From the NCBI GenBank assembly GCA_048941285.1, contig JBHLNS010000037.1, positions 1 to 32,104 of the forward strand: a DNA stretch of 32,104 bases. The letters are read 5' to 3'. The stretch comes from Promethearchaeota archaeon. GTDB taxonomy: Archaea > Asgardarchaeota > Lokiarchaeia > Sigyniarchaeales > SOKP01. The position numbers and the translations under genes are program-made. Shown piece by piece: positions 17,160-25,985 of this stretch. How positions within the stretch are numbered: position 1 is the stretch's first letter; every line of letters starts with the position of its first letter. The notes under the pieces are model-generated. The model was not told the origin of the DNA and did no database searches. It saw only the letters and a program-made list of their open reading frames with translations.

Positions 17160-18794
17160 ATTAGAAAATATAATCATCAAAGAAATAATAAAAATTATTT
17201 CTTTATATTTATCATTTTAACCTTGTTTTTGTGTATTTTCATCTCTAATTTTGGATCAAATTATCTTTTGGCGCAGAAATCCAATATCGAAAATATTCGC
17301 ACATCAGCAGAAATACCTTATGGACTTCAATGGCTTGATAATAGATTTTTTGATGATGATTCAGCATGGATAGCAAGTGAAGAGGGGGATGGATCTGATG
17401 TTGATGCCTTAATTAGTGATGGTACCGGAAATTATTATATTCACGGTGATTCAGATATCCTAAGAATTGATGATCCCCTTAATGATATTGACTGGATTGC
17501 AAAAAGAAATCCAAATTTACCCATTTTACCTGATAATTATAATATTAATTCATCAGGAGCCCATGTCTCTCATTTATGGCATGAAGATATTAATCAAACT
17601 CGCAATCGCCCAAGTGTGCAATGGCAAAGGACAGTAAATATGCCTGTTGATATGAGAGACTATATTATAACATCTGCCTCCCTTGAAGCTGATTTCAATG
17701 CCACAGTGACAGTTTCTCCTTGGAATAATGGTGGCATAGACAGAGAAGGAGACACTGGTTTAGACGATTACTCTACAGGAGATTATACAGAGTTTTATAT
17801 CCTTCTGTCAGATGTTGAAGAAACTTTTCCAGCAGTTACAGTAGCATATAATCACACAGGAAATCTTGGAAGAGATAGTCCTGCCCTAGGAAGTTATCCT
17901 GATACACCTTTAGATATTGTACCTGAGGATGTTTTAATCAGTATTCTATCATCGATTTTGGAGACAGATGGATTCAATTTTGTTATTACTCTGGGAATTG
18001 ATATTTATTGTGAAGATAATGAATTAGGAGTCGATATTGATAGATGGAACTCCTTAAACATTAGATCATTTAATCTCACTTTTTCTTATGAAAAGATAAT
18101 TGATCGATATACTAGTGTTTCATGGGAACAAGCAGGAGACCAGATTACCGGCAATAATACTCAAATAAGGAAAGCGGAGTTGAATTTTGAATTTAACATT
18201 AATACTACTTGGCCTTCTATTGCATCTCCGAACTCAGAAATCCGTGTTTTTATCAATAATAAACAATTAACAGAATCAATTAAATTAAGTAGAGCAGAGT
18301 CTTTCCTACAGGAGGCATATCCAGGTAGATTGGATGTAACATCATTTATATCGAAAGATATTGAAATTGCACTTAAAATTCAAATATTCATAGCAGATGA
18401 ATTTGGATTAGGTGAGGAGATTACAATTTCCATCGATAATTTATATTTTCGGATTGAATATGTTGTAATTACAAGTGATATATTGCGTGAGCCATGGTTC
18501 TTTAGGGTTTTACTAATCATTGCTAGTTTTGTAGGTTTAGGTATTGGTGGCTATTTATTTGCGTATCAAAGGGTTTTAAAATATCCAAAACCCGTGAGGA
18601 AGGTAAGAAAATATAGAAGAACTTTAGCTAAGAAAAATGGACCTACGACATTTATTTTAGAGCGAGAAAAAGCTTTTAAGAAAGAGTATGACAGGGAATT
18701 AGCAAAAACATCTTCATTCATAAGAGGAAAACCATCTGTAGAATCTACGGGTACTAAAGAAATTAATCAACCAAAACAATCAATTGAATCATAA
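17160..18794 (+). CDS. Membrane-anchored surface protein, single module (A-type paralog); start uncertain (ATT 17160 or TTG 17223)
   Basis: Shares motifs with 13438-16875: SVQW, MxDYxITxASLE, CEDN, WPSxxSPNSEIR, ADEF, IDN, KYPKPVRKVRKYRR. The frame is open from 17154 and encodes the rest of the signal anchor. Confidence 0.78.
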   Translation: MRKYNHQRNNKNYFFIFIILTLFLCIFISNFGSNYLLAQKSNIENIRTSAEIPYGLQWLDNRFFDDDSAWIASEEGDGSDVDALISDGTGNYYIHGDSDILRIDDPLNDIDWIAKRNPNLPILPDNYNINSSGAHVSHLWHEDINQTRNRPSVQWQRTVNMPVDMRDYIITSASLEADFNATVTVSPWNNGGIDREGDTGLDDYSTGDYTEFYILLSDVEETFPAVTVAYNHTGNLGRDSPALGSYPDTPLDIVPEDVLISILSSILETDGFNFVITLGIDIYCEDNELGVDIDRWNSLNIRSFNLTFSYEKIIDRYTSVSWEQAGDQITGNNTQIRKAELNFEFNINTTWPSIASPNSEIRVFINNKQLTESIKLSRAESFLQEAYPGRLDVTSFISKDIEIALKIQIFIADEFGLGEEITISIDNLYFRIEYVVITSDILREPWFFRVLLIIASFVGLGIGGYLFAYQRVLKYPKPVRKVRKYRRTLAKKNGPTTFILEREKAFKKEYDRELAKTSSFIRGKPSVESTGTKEINQPKQSIES

Positions 18795-20622
18795 AAATTA
18801 CCAGAAAGTAATAAATAGATATAGAAAATTATGGAGGTTTAATAAACTTTTGAGAAAAAAAAATTATCTAGAAAAATACCTTATAATAACAATATTCTTT
18901 CTAATTCCATTATTTTCTAGTATTATTATAACAAATACTTATGTTAAAAATACTGAATTTGATATTAACACTGACAAGCTCAAGAGTTCAAGGATAGAGT
19001 ATCATTTAAATAATTCCTGGATAGAAAACTCTAAATTTGATGGATCTGGGCAGCCTTGGGAATCTAGACTTGAGGGAGATTCCAAGGATATTACTGGTGA
19101 TATTTCTTTGGGTTCAGCAAATTATAAGATAATTGGGGACTCAGGAATAATGCAAATCGATGATCCCCTTAATAATATCGACTGGCAAGATTATAATAAT
19201 CCAGAATTTCCAATATCACCGGATACCAATGGCAGTTCTTCAGCAGGTTTATATATAACTCATGAATGGGATGAAAATGTTGATCAAACACGAAATACAC
19301 CAAGTATTCATTGGAAAAGAACATTTACGATGCCAGTAGATATGTCAGATTATATTATTTCTGATGCCTCCCTTGAAGTAATTTTCAATGCAACGGTCAC
19401 AGCTGTAGGTTCAAATCCCTTACAGCCACATATAGGAGGAATTGAACGACCTGGCGACTATACAGAATCAAATCCACCGAGCATTCCTCAGTTTGGAATA
19501 GGAGATTTTGCCACATTTTATGTTTTAATATCAGATATTGATAATAGAAATTCATTTACACTAGCTATAAACCAAACTACAGATCTTGGACAAGATACTC
19601 CAGAAATATCATATTATTCAGATACCCTTCTTGATACTGTTCCTAAAAATATTCTTATTACTTATTTAAATTCAATATTGCAGTATGATAATTTCAATTT
19701 TGTAATTACTTTGGGTATTGATGTATATTGTGAAGATAATGAATATAACGTTGATGTGGATACATGGGATATGTTAATAATGCGATCTTTTAATTTAACC
19801 TTTTCTTACGAGAAAAAAGTTGATCAACATACCTCATTTGCCTGGGAACAAGTAGGAGATGCAATACCAGGAAGAAATATTCAAGTTACAGAAGCTAATG
19901 TTAACTTTAAGTATAAAATTGATAGACCTTGGCCTGTCAGTGCTTCACCAAATTCCGAAATTAGAGTGCTGTTTAATAATAATTCAATGACAGAGACAAT
20001 CCGGTTAAGTACAGCTAATAACTCCTTCCAAATAGCAAAGGAAGGAGGGTATGACGTTAGATCACTTATTTTGAAAAATGTAAATATCACAATTTCCATC
20101 CAAGTTTATATGGCTGATGAATTTGGCTTAGATCAAAATGTGACAGTTTACATTGATGATGTTTATTTAACAATTTCATATATCGAGATTTTTCGGGATA
20201 TTTTCAATGAACCTTGGGTATTTGCTGCGCTACTAGTTTTCGCTAGTGTAGCTACTGCAGGCATTGGTGGATATTTTATTGCTTATCAAAGAGTTTTAAA
20301 ATACCCTAGACCAGTTAGAAAAGTAATAAAATATAGAAGAACTCTAAACAGAACTCAAGAGCCAGAAATCGCTATAATGCCTCGAGATGTGTCATTTAAT
20401 ATGGCATATAAACATGAATTAACTACATCTTCTAAAATATTAAAAATAAAACCAGCTGAAGGAAAAGAACCTGTTGTTTCTGGAAAAGAAGCTATTGAAA
20501 AAACATCCGAAAAAGTTGTTGAAGAAAAAATTGCCTCTGAAGAATTAATTTCAAAATCTTTAGAAAAAAAAGAAGAACTTGATGAGATAGTAAAAGATTC
20601 ATCAAGAGCAGATAAATCCTAA
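18784..20622 (+). CDS. Membrane-anchored surface protein, single module (B-type paralog with conserved cytoplasmic tail)
   Basis: Same module motifs. The TTG start overlaps the upstream gene by 11 nt. The tail EKIASEELISKSLEKKEELDEIVKDS matches the tail of 13438-16875. Confidence 0.8.
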   Translation: MNHKNYQKVINRYRKLWRFNKLLRKKNYLEKYLIITIFFLIPLFSSIIITNTYVKNTEFDINTDKLKSSRIEYHLNNSWIENSKFDGSGQPWESRLEGDSKDITGDISLGSANYKIIGDSGIMQIDDPLNNIDWQDYNNPEFPISPDTNGSSSAGLYITHEWDENVDQTRNTPSIHWKRTFTMPVDMSDYIISDASLEVIFNATVTAVGSNPLQPHIGGIERPGDYTESNPPSIPQFGIGDFATFYVLISDIDNRNSFTLAINQTTDLGQDTPEISYYSDTLLDTVPKNILITYLNSILQYDNFNFVITLGIDVYCEDNEYNVDVDTWDMLIMRSFNLTFSYEKKVDQHTSFAWEQVGDAIPGRNIQVTEANVNFKYKIDRPWPVSASPNSEIRVLFNNNSMTETIRLSTANNSFQIAKEGGYDVRSLILKNVNITISIQVYMADEFGLDQNVTVYIDDVYLTISYIEIFRDIFNEPWVFAALLVFASVATAGIGGYFIAYQRVLKYPRPVRKVIKYRRTLNRTQEPEIAIMPRDVSFNMAYKHELTTSSKILKIKPAEGKEPVVSGKEAIEKTSEKVVEEKIASEELISKSLEKKEELDEIVKDSSRADKS

Positions 20623-20628
20623 AATTTT

Positions 20629-21183
20629 TTAGTCTTTTTTTTTCAAACAAGCCATTATTATTGCATCATGATAAGTTCCGTGAAAATTCAAATATTCTTT
20701 TAATACACCTTCTTTACTAAATCCACATTTTTGGAATAGAGAAATGGACCTCTTATTCTCAATTGCTATGAAAGCTTCAAGCCTATTAAGTTTTAGATGA
20801 TTAAATGATAAAGTTTTAATTAGACTTAGAGATCTTTCTGCCAGCCCTCTCCTCCAAAAATCTGGAATTACCCAGATGCCAACTTGAGCTCGACGATGTT
20901 GCCAGTTAATATTCCAGAGACTGATCGAGCCAATTTTCACTTTATTATTTTTAAGAAACTCAATTATGTAATTAAATTGAAGTCTATTATCCCAATATTT
21001 TAGATATCCTTTAATCAATCTTTTTGAGTGTTCCAATGTCTTTAATGGCCCTAAAGATAAATATGTTATCAGATTCGTATTATTTAGGCTTTTAAATAGA
21101 AAATCAATATCATTTTTTGAAATTTTCCTAAGAAAGAGGTCTCTATCATTAATTTCTTCAACAATTTCTGAATTTCTTAACAT
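20629..21183 (-). CDS. GNAT N-acetyltransferase, RimJ/RimL family
   Basis: Motifs 'AQVGIWVIPDFWRRGLA', 'LKLNRLEA', 'ENKRSISLFQKCGFSKEGVLKE' and 'YHDAIIM'. Confidence 0.9.
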   Translation of the reverse strand: MLRNSEIVEEINDRDLFLRKISKNDIDFLFKSLNNTNLITYLSLGPLKTLEHSKRLIKGYLKYWDNRLQFNYIIEFLKNNKVKIGSISLWNINWQHRRAQVGIWVIPDFWRRGLAERSLSLIKTLSFNHLKLNRLEAFIAIENKRSISLFQKCGFSKEGVLKEYLNFHGTYHDAIIMACLKKKD

Positions 21184-21285
21184 TTAGTTAAAACCAAGGT
21201 CATTATCTCTTATATAGTGAAAAAGACATTTATAAATATTTAAAAAAAAAAGAGAAAAAAAATAATAAATAGGTTTTATTAGGGG

Positions 21286-22116
21286 TTATATTCCCCCTGT
21301 AAATTTTGGGTCTCTTTTTTGTAAAAAAGCTTGGATGCCTTCATTAACGTCTTTAGAACCACTATTTACTCCAAAACCTAACATTTCAAATTGATTTCCT
21401 ATTTCTATGGGAACTTGGGTTCCAAATTTTACTGCTTTCTTTATCACTAATAGACTTGTTGTCGGTCCATGTCCTAACCATGAAGCTCTTTCATGAATAA
21501 GGTTTTCAAATTCTTCACCATCATCACATAAATAACTTACATGCCCCCATTCATACATTTTTGCTGCGGGTATACGATCTCCAAAATAAATCATATTTAG
21601 TGTTCGATTCAGCCCTATTCGTCTTGCCATTCTTTGGGTTCCCCCATTTCCAGGAAAAATACCTCTAGCTATTTCAGGAAATCCAAAAAATGATCTTTTA
21701 GTAGCAATTAAAACATCACAGACGAGAGTTAATTCGCATCCTCCTCCAAAAGCATAACCATCTACCGCTCCAATTACTGGTTTTGGAAATTGTTCAATTA
21801 AAGTATAATATCTGTGTTTTTGCTGCATTGATATTGTCCAATGAACAGGAACATTAAATTTTAATCCCTTTCCCATCGGTGCAGATAAATCTGCACCCGC
21901 AGAAAAAGCGGGTTTTTTAGTAACATTTTTGGTTCCTCGAAGAACTATACATCTAACACTACTATCAAGTTCAAATTGCTCCATTGCTTCATAAATTTCC
22001 CTTAATGTTTGAGTTGTAAGTGCATTTAATTTATCTGGTCTATTTATAGATATTACTGCATAATTACCTTCTTCATTCTTTTCTACTGAAACATGTTCAA
22101 ATTCCTTTTCTGACAT
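21286..22116 (-). CDS. Enoyl-CoA hydratase/isomerase (crotonase family)
   Basis: Motifs 'INRPDKLNAL', 'AFSAGADL', 'KPVIGAVDGYAFGGGCEL' and 'FPEIARGIFPGNGGTQR', with both catalytic Glu present. SD AGAGGT upstream. Confidence 0.93.
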   Translation of the reverse strand: MSEKEFEHVSVEKNEEGNYAVISINRPDKLNALTTQTLREIYEAMEQFELDSSVRCIVLRGTKNVTKKPAFSAGADLSAPMGKGLKFNVPVHWTISMQQKHRYYTLIEQFPKPVIGAVDGYAFGGGCELTLVCDVLIATKRSFFGFPEIARGIFPGNGGTQRMARRIGLNRTLNMIYFGDRIPAAKMYEWGHVSYLCDDGEEFENLIHERASWLGHGPTTSLLVIKKAVKFGTQVPIEIGNQFEMLGFGVNSGSKDVNEGIQAFLQKRDPKFTGGI

Positions 22117-22285
22117 TTAATATAACCTCTTTTATATAATTTCTAAAATTCTTTAATATGAAGATTTAATGATAATTAGTATTATTTTTTTTTAAAATTA
22201 AAAATTTTCAAATTGGATCTAATGCCTTTTTAGTTGGAAAATCAAACATAAAAAAATAAGAAAAAAAAGATAATACTGGGTTTAT

Positions 22286-23473
22286 TTATTTCCTCATTTT
22301 AGAAAATTCTCCAGATTTCATTAATGCACAAGGTCGCAAGTATTCTTTTCCAGTTTTACTTGCTAATTCTTCTAATATTCCACTCCATTTCTCAAAATTC
22401 TTTTTACCTGCTGCAAAAGGTCCTGGTGAATTCATACCCGCCATATTCGCATCATCTATGATCTTAAACCCAGATGCAACTCCTTCTTCTAATATACGAC
22501 ACCCTTCATTTAAAAGGATTGCCATTGAAGTTTCTAAATCAAATAAACCCGCAGGTTCAGCACTCTTTACCTTTGCTTTAATTCCGTCTCTTCCAGCACT
22601 CCAATCGTAAAAGCCTTTACCTGATTTTGCCCCAAAACTACCCCCTGCCACCATTTCTTTCACAATTTTCGGAGGCTCGAAATCTGGAGAGAGAGTCTCT
22701 TTATAGTAATTCATAATATGCAACATTGTATCTAATCCAACATAATCAGAAAGCTCACATGGTCCCATCGGCATTTTACCACCAGCATCAGCGTCTATAC
22801 GTTCCCATGGTATTCCTTTTTCATTAGCAGTGTCAAATACCCAGCCAATATATATTTGAACAGGAGCATTCATTCTATTTACAATAAATCCGGGGCGATC
22901 TTTTAAAACAGGAGCTATATATCGGTTACCTCGTAAACAAGGCAGACTATTTGCGACATCCATAGTCTTTTGAAATGTTTCATCAGAAGTATCTTCACCT
23001 CTAATAACTTCAATACATCTCATTAATGGAACAGGATTAAAGAAATGCATTCCTGAAACTCTATCTGGGGCACCACAATCCTTACCAATTTCTGTAATAC
23101 TCATTGTAGAAGTATTTGATGCAAAAATTATGTGAGAAGGACCATTTTCCATAACTGTTTTACATACTTTCTTTTTAATATCCATTTTTTCGATTACAGC
23201 TTCAATAACAATATCAGCATCTTTTACTGCAGAAGCTAAATCCGTTGATTTTTTACATCTTGCCATAAGATCAGCAGTAGCAATACCTTCTCCTAATTGC
23301 CCTTTTTCTTCGGACTTTTTGACGCCCACTTCTATACCTGAAAAAGCCTTATTAACCAGCTCATTATTAATATCAACTAATGTGACATTATAGCCAGCCA
23401 TTAGAGCAACTTGAGCAATACCTTGCCCCATAAGGCCGACGCCTAATGTGACAATATTTTTAATTTCAGTCAT
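22286..23473 (-). CDS. 3-hydroxyacyl-CoA dehydrogenase with a duplicated C-terminal domain
   Basis: GVGLMGQGIA, 'EAVIEKMDIK', 'ASNTST', 'GMHFFNPVPLM', 'PGFIVNR', 'MGPCELSDYVGLD', 'GAKSGKGFY', plus a second C-domain 'LNEGCRILEEGVA'. Confidence 0.93.
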   Translation of the reverse strand: MTEIKNIVTLGVGLMGQGIAQVALMAGYNVTLVDINNELVNKAFSGIEVGVKKSEEKGQLGEGIATADLMARCKKSTDLASAVKDADIVIEAVIEKMDIKKKVCKTVMENGPSHIIFASNTSTMSITEIGKDCGAPDRVSGMHFFNPVPLMRCIEVIRGEDTSDETFQKTMDVANSLPCLRGNRYIAPVLKDRPGFIVNRMNAPVQIYIGWVFDTANEKGIPWERIDADAGGKMPMGPCELSDYVGLDTMLHIMNYYKETLSPDFEPPKIVKEMVAGGSFGAKSGKGFYDWSAGRDGIKAKVKSAEPAGLFDLETSMAILLNEGCRILEEGVASGFKIIDDANMAGMNSPGPFAAGKKNFEKWSGILEELASKTGKEYLRPCALMKSGEFSKMRK

Positions 23474-23579
23474 TTTTTTATTTCAACCTCTCAAAATTAA
23501 CATTAAAATAGAATTTAGTAATGATAAATTTAGCATCAATTATATTTTTTTTTCAAAGATATTGAGAAGATTGAAAGTC

Positions 23580-24107
23580 TTATTTATAAAAAATTAGTTC
23601 TTCAACACACACATCTTTCTCATCATCATTTTCGAGAAAATTAATTTCTATTTTTTTTATGTTATTTCCCAATAATTTTTGAAATGCTGTTTCAAAGTAT
23701 CCTTTATTTGTTCTACAAAAAGTTTTACCATAATTTAACTTTTCACGGTGGCTAATTGGTATACGTAAAAAGCAGTGATTTTCAATAATTATTCTTACTT
23801 TATCATCATATTGTTGAATATCTTTTATTTGAACTGAATAAAAGTCTTTTAATTCTTCCATCAAAATTACTAATGCTTCCATTATTTCAAATTCTTCTTT
23901 ACCATATTCTCGTTTTAATCTTTCCGCTATTTTCGTCCCAGGAAAAACACCTATTTGATATAAAATTGAAAGTAAACTATTACGACCAAAAACATCATAA
24001 ACTTTATAGACTAATGATTCTGACATAATTTCAAATCCTTTGATTGAATTGATATTCTCAATCGGATTTTGTATTCGCTCATTAATCTCCTTTATATATT
24101 CTTCCAC
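23580..24107 (-). CDS. V4R / TRAPP(Bet3)-fold-like small protein
   Basis: 'LYQIG..PG..IAERL' helix, followed by three spaced Cys (HCFL, FCRTNKGYFETAF, VCVEELIF) as in V4R domains. GTG start. Confidence 0.65.
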   Translation of the reverse strand: MEEYIKEINERIQNPIENINSIKGFEIMSESLVYKVYDVFGRNSLLSILYQIGVFPGTKIAERLKREYGKEEFEIMEALVILMEELKDFYSVQIKDIQQYDDKVRIIIENHCFLRIPISHREKLNYGKTFCRTNKGYFETAFQKLLGNNIKKIEINFLENDDEKDVCVEELIFYK

Positions 24108-24559
24108 AATCGAATACCCCTAATTTCAACGAGTATATCTGAAAACTTATCGATTCTTAATAATTAATTATAGCGTTCTATCTATTTAAAACTTAATTTT
24201 AAATTAAACTTACAAAAATAGAATAAATTATAAATTATTTAACAGGTTTTTTTTGGAAAAAGTTAACATTTAAGAAGAATACAGTAATTTACTAGATTTA
24301 TATTAAATTTTGTAATTATAACATTGAAATCCAAAATCGAATTACATAATAAAAGAAATTAGTTTTTGAGAATAATAATAAAAAAAATAAAAAAATATCT
24401 ATATTTGGTGCTCAAAGTTAAACAATGTTAAATCACCTAAAAAAGTCCTAAAACTGAATTCTTTATCATCTGTTTATGGTTTAAAGATATAACTAAAGGA
24501 TTAATATTTATGTTTTAATTAAAAAGTGTCAATGCAGTAGCAATTTAATCCCTTGAAAG

Positions 24560-25048
24560 TTAAGAGTATTGCTCAAAATTAATCTGAATTATTTTTCTAA
24601 TAGCTTTTTCAACCTGATCTTCAATAGTTTTAAGAATATTTCTATAAGTTTCATTAGATGTGTAATATGGATCGATAATATCAATATTATCAGATTCTCC
24701 GTTAAATTCCTTTAGTGTAAATGTTTTTTTTATAATCTCTCGAATGTTTGGAAAGGAATTTTTAATATCTTCTGATTGATGCCTTTCCATTGTTAGAATT
24801 AAGTCCTGTTTTTCTAATAATCTACGGTTTATTATTTTTGGAATAAAATCTGAATGTCTAATCCCTTTCTGGTTTAAATAATTCTGAGATTCAGGTTGCA
24901 TATAATCAAAAGCATTGAAAAATCCACAAGAGTCAAATTCCAGGTCTACATCAAGTTTCTTAGCATAATAACGCGCTAAATATTCTGCTGCTGGAGATCT
25001 TGCAGTATTTCCTAGACAGACAAAAAGTATTCGCCTGATTTTATTCAT
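24560..25048 (-). CDS. Low-molecular-weight protein phosphatase family (paralog 2, CLGNTARS)
   Basis: P-loop 'LFVCLGNTARSPAAE', 'DLILTME' and 'IIDPY'. Confidence 0.9.
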   Translation of the reverse strand: MNKIRRILFVCLGNTARSPAAEYLARYYAKKLDVDLEFDSCGFFNAFDYMQPESQNYLNQKGIRHSDFIPKIINRRLLEKQDLILTMERHQSEDIKNSFPNIREIIKKTFTLKEFNGESDNIDIIDPYYTSNETYRNILKTIEDQVEKAIRKIIQINFEQYS

Positions 25049-25074
25049 ATATGTTCAATTCATTTTCATTATGT

Positions 25075-25581
25075 TTACAATAAATCTTCTGATTTGTTAT
25101 ATTCAATAATCTTTTTAACTGTTTTCAATACACCATTCTCAATTTTTTCAAGAATTTTATTATATTCTTCATGAGGTAAATAAAATGGATCTTTAATTTC
25201 TAGATTTTGCTTTTCTCCAGCAAAATCTAATAATAAGAATAATTTTTTATCAAGATCTCTAAGATTTTTGAACTTTCTTTTCACCTTATTAATATGATGT
25301 TTTTGTTCGAATCCTAAAATAAGATCTTGTTTTTCCAATAATTGAAAATCTATTCTTTTCGTTTTAAATTCACCAATGTCGATACCTTTAGACTTCAAAT
25401 AATTTACAGTCTCTGGTTGAGCAGTTTCATAGTAATGATAAATACCAGCTGAGTCAAATTCTATATTATTCAACTCTTTTCTAAATTTTGTTTCTTTCAA
25501 CCATTTTGCATATGCTTCTGCAAAAGGACTTCTACAAGTATTACCTGCACAAATAAAAAGTACTTTCTTTATTTTGGACAT
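25075..25581 (-). CDS. Low-molecular-weight protein phosphatase family (paralog 1, CAGNTCRS)
   Basis: P-loop 'LFICAGNTCRSPFAE', 'DSAG', 'DLILGFE' and 'IKDPF'. Confidence 0.92.
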   Translation of the reverse strand: MSKIKKVLFICAGNTCRSPFAEAYAKWLKETKFRKELNNIEFDSAGIYHYYETAQPETVNYLKSKGIDIGEFKTKRIDFQLLEKQDLILGFEQKHHINKVKRKFKNLRDLDKKLFLLLDFAGEKQNLEIKDPFYLPHEEYNKILEKIENGVLKTVKKIIEYNKSEDLL

Positions 25582-25715
25582 TTTTAATTCCTTCTTATTT
25601 CCTATTCATTAGAAAGATTTTCTATTAAAAAAAAATTTTGATTAACTTCAATAAGCAAAGACAATTTAAAATAAAACAGAAGCCTAAAGGATTATAGAAT
25701 CTTAATTATTTTTGT

Positions 25716-25878
25716 ATGCCAGAAGAATTACTTTTCAAGGAATATGAATAGGATATTGAGTCAATATTTACTCCAAAAAGAAATTGCATATTATTAGTTG
25801 GAGCTGGAATCTCCACAGATCCCTATTCGAAAATACCAAAACTATATTGATGAAATACCAAGAAAAATCGGAAAATAA
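25716..25878 (+). pseudogene. Remnant of a SIR2-like gene (N-terminal fragment only)
   Basis: Manual translation from ATG 25716 gives MPEELLFKEYE*DIESIFTPKRNCILLVGAGISTDPYSKIPKLY*. It has an in-frame TAG at 25749, the SIR2 'hhhGAGIS..P..hP' motif and a TGA at 25848. Confidence 0.65.
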
Positions 25879-25985
25879 AATCTAAAAAAGAGTTTGTTTA
25901 ATTTAATTGTAATAAAATTTTAATTTAATTAATTGTATTTTTAAATAGATTTTAATTATTTCTGGGAGAATTAAAAGAATTTCTC

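Noticed and set aside
24108-24559. ncRNA, replication origin or hidden gene in the 450-bp AT-rich gap
   Set aside because: No GC-rich stem, ORB-like repeat or convincing ORF seen by eye.
24560-25581. Thioredoxin-dependent arsenate reductase (ArsC)
   Set aside because: Neither protein has the distal resolving Cys pair, and no ars genes are nearby.
25749-25853. Pyrrolysine or selenocysteine readthrough of the SIR2-like fragment
   Set aside because: The TAG is followed 33 codons later by tandem TGA TGA, and nadB begins at 25986, leaving no room for a full domain.
61-25878. Sir2-HerA anti-phage system
   Set aside because: The two elements are ~24 kb apart and the SIR2 piece is a relic. The known system is an adjacent gene pair.
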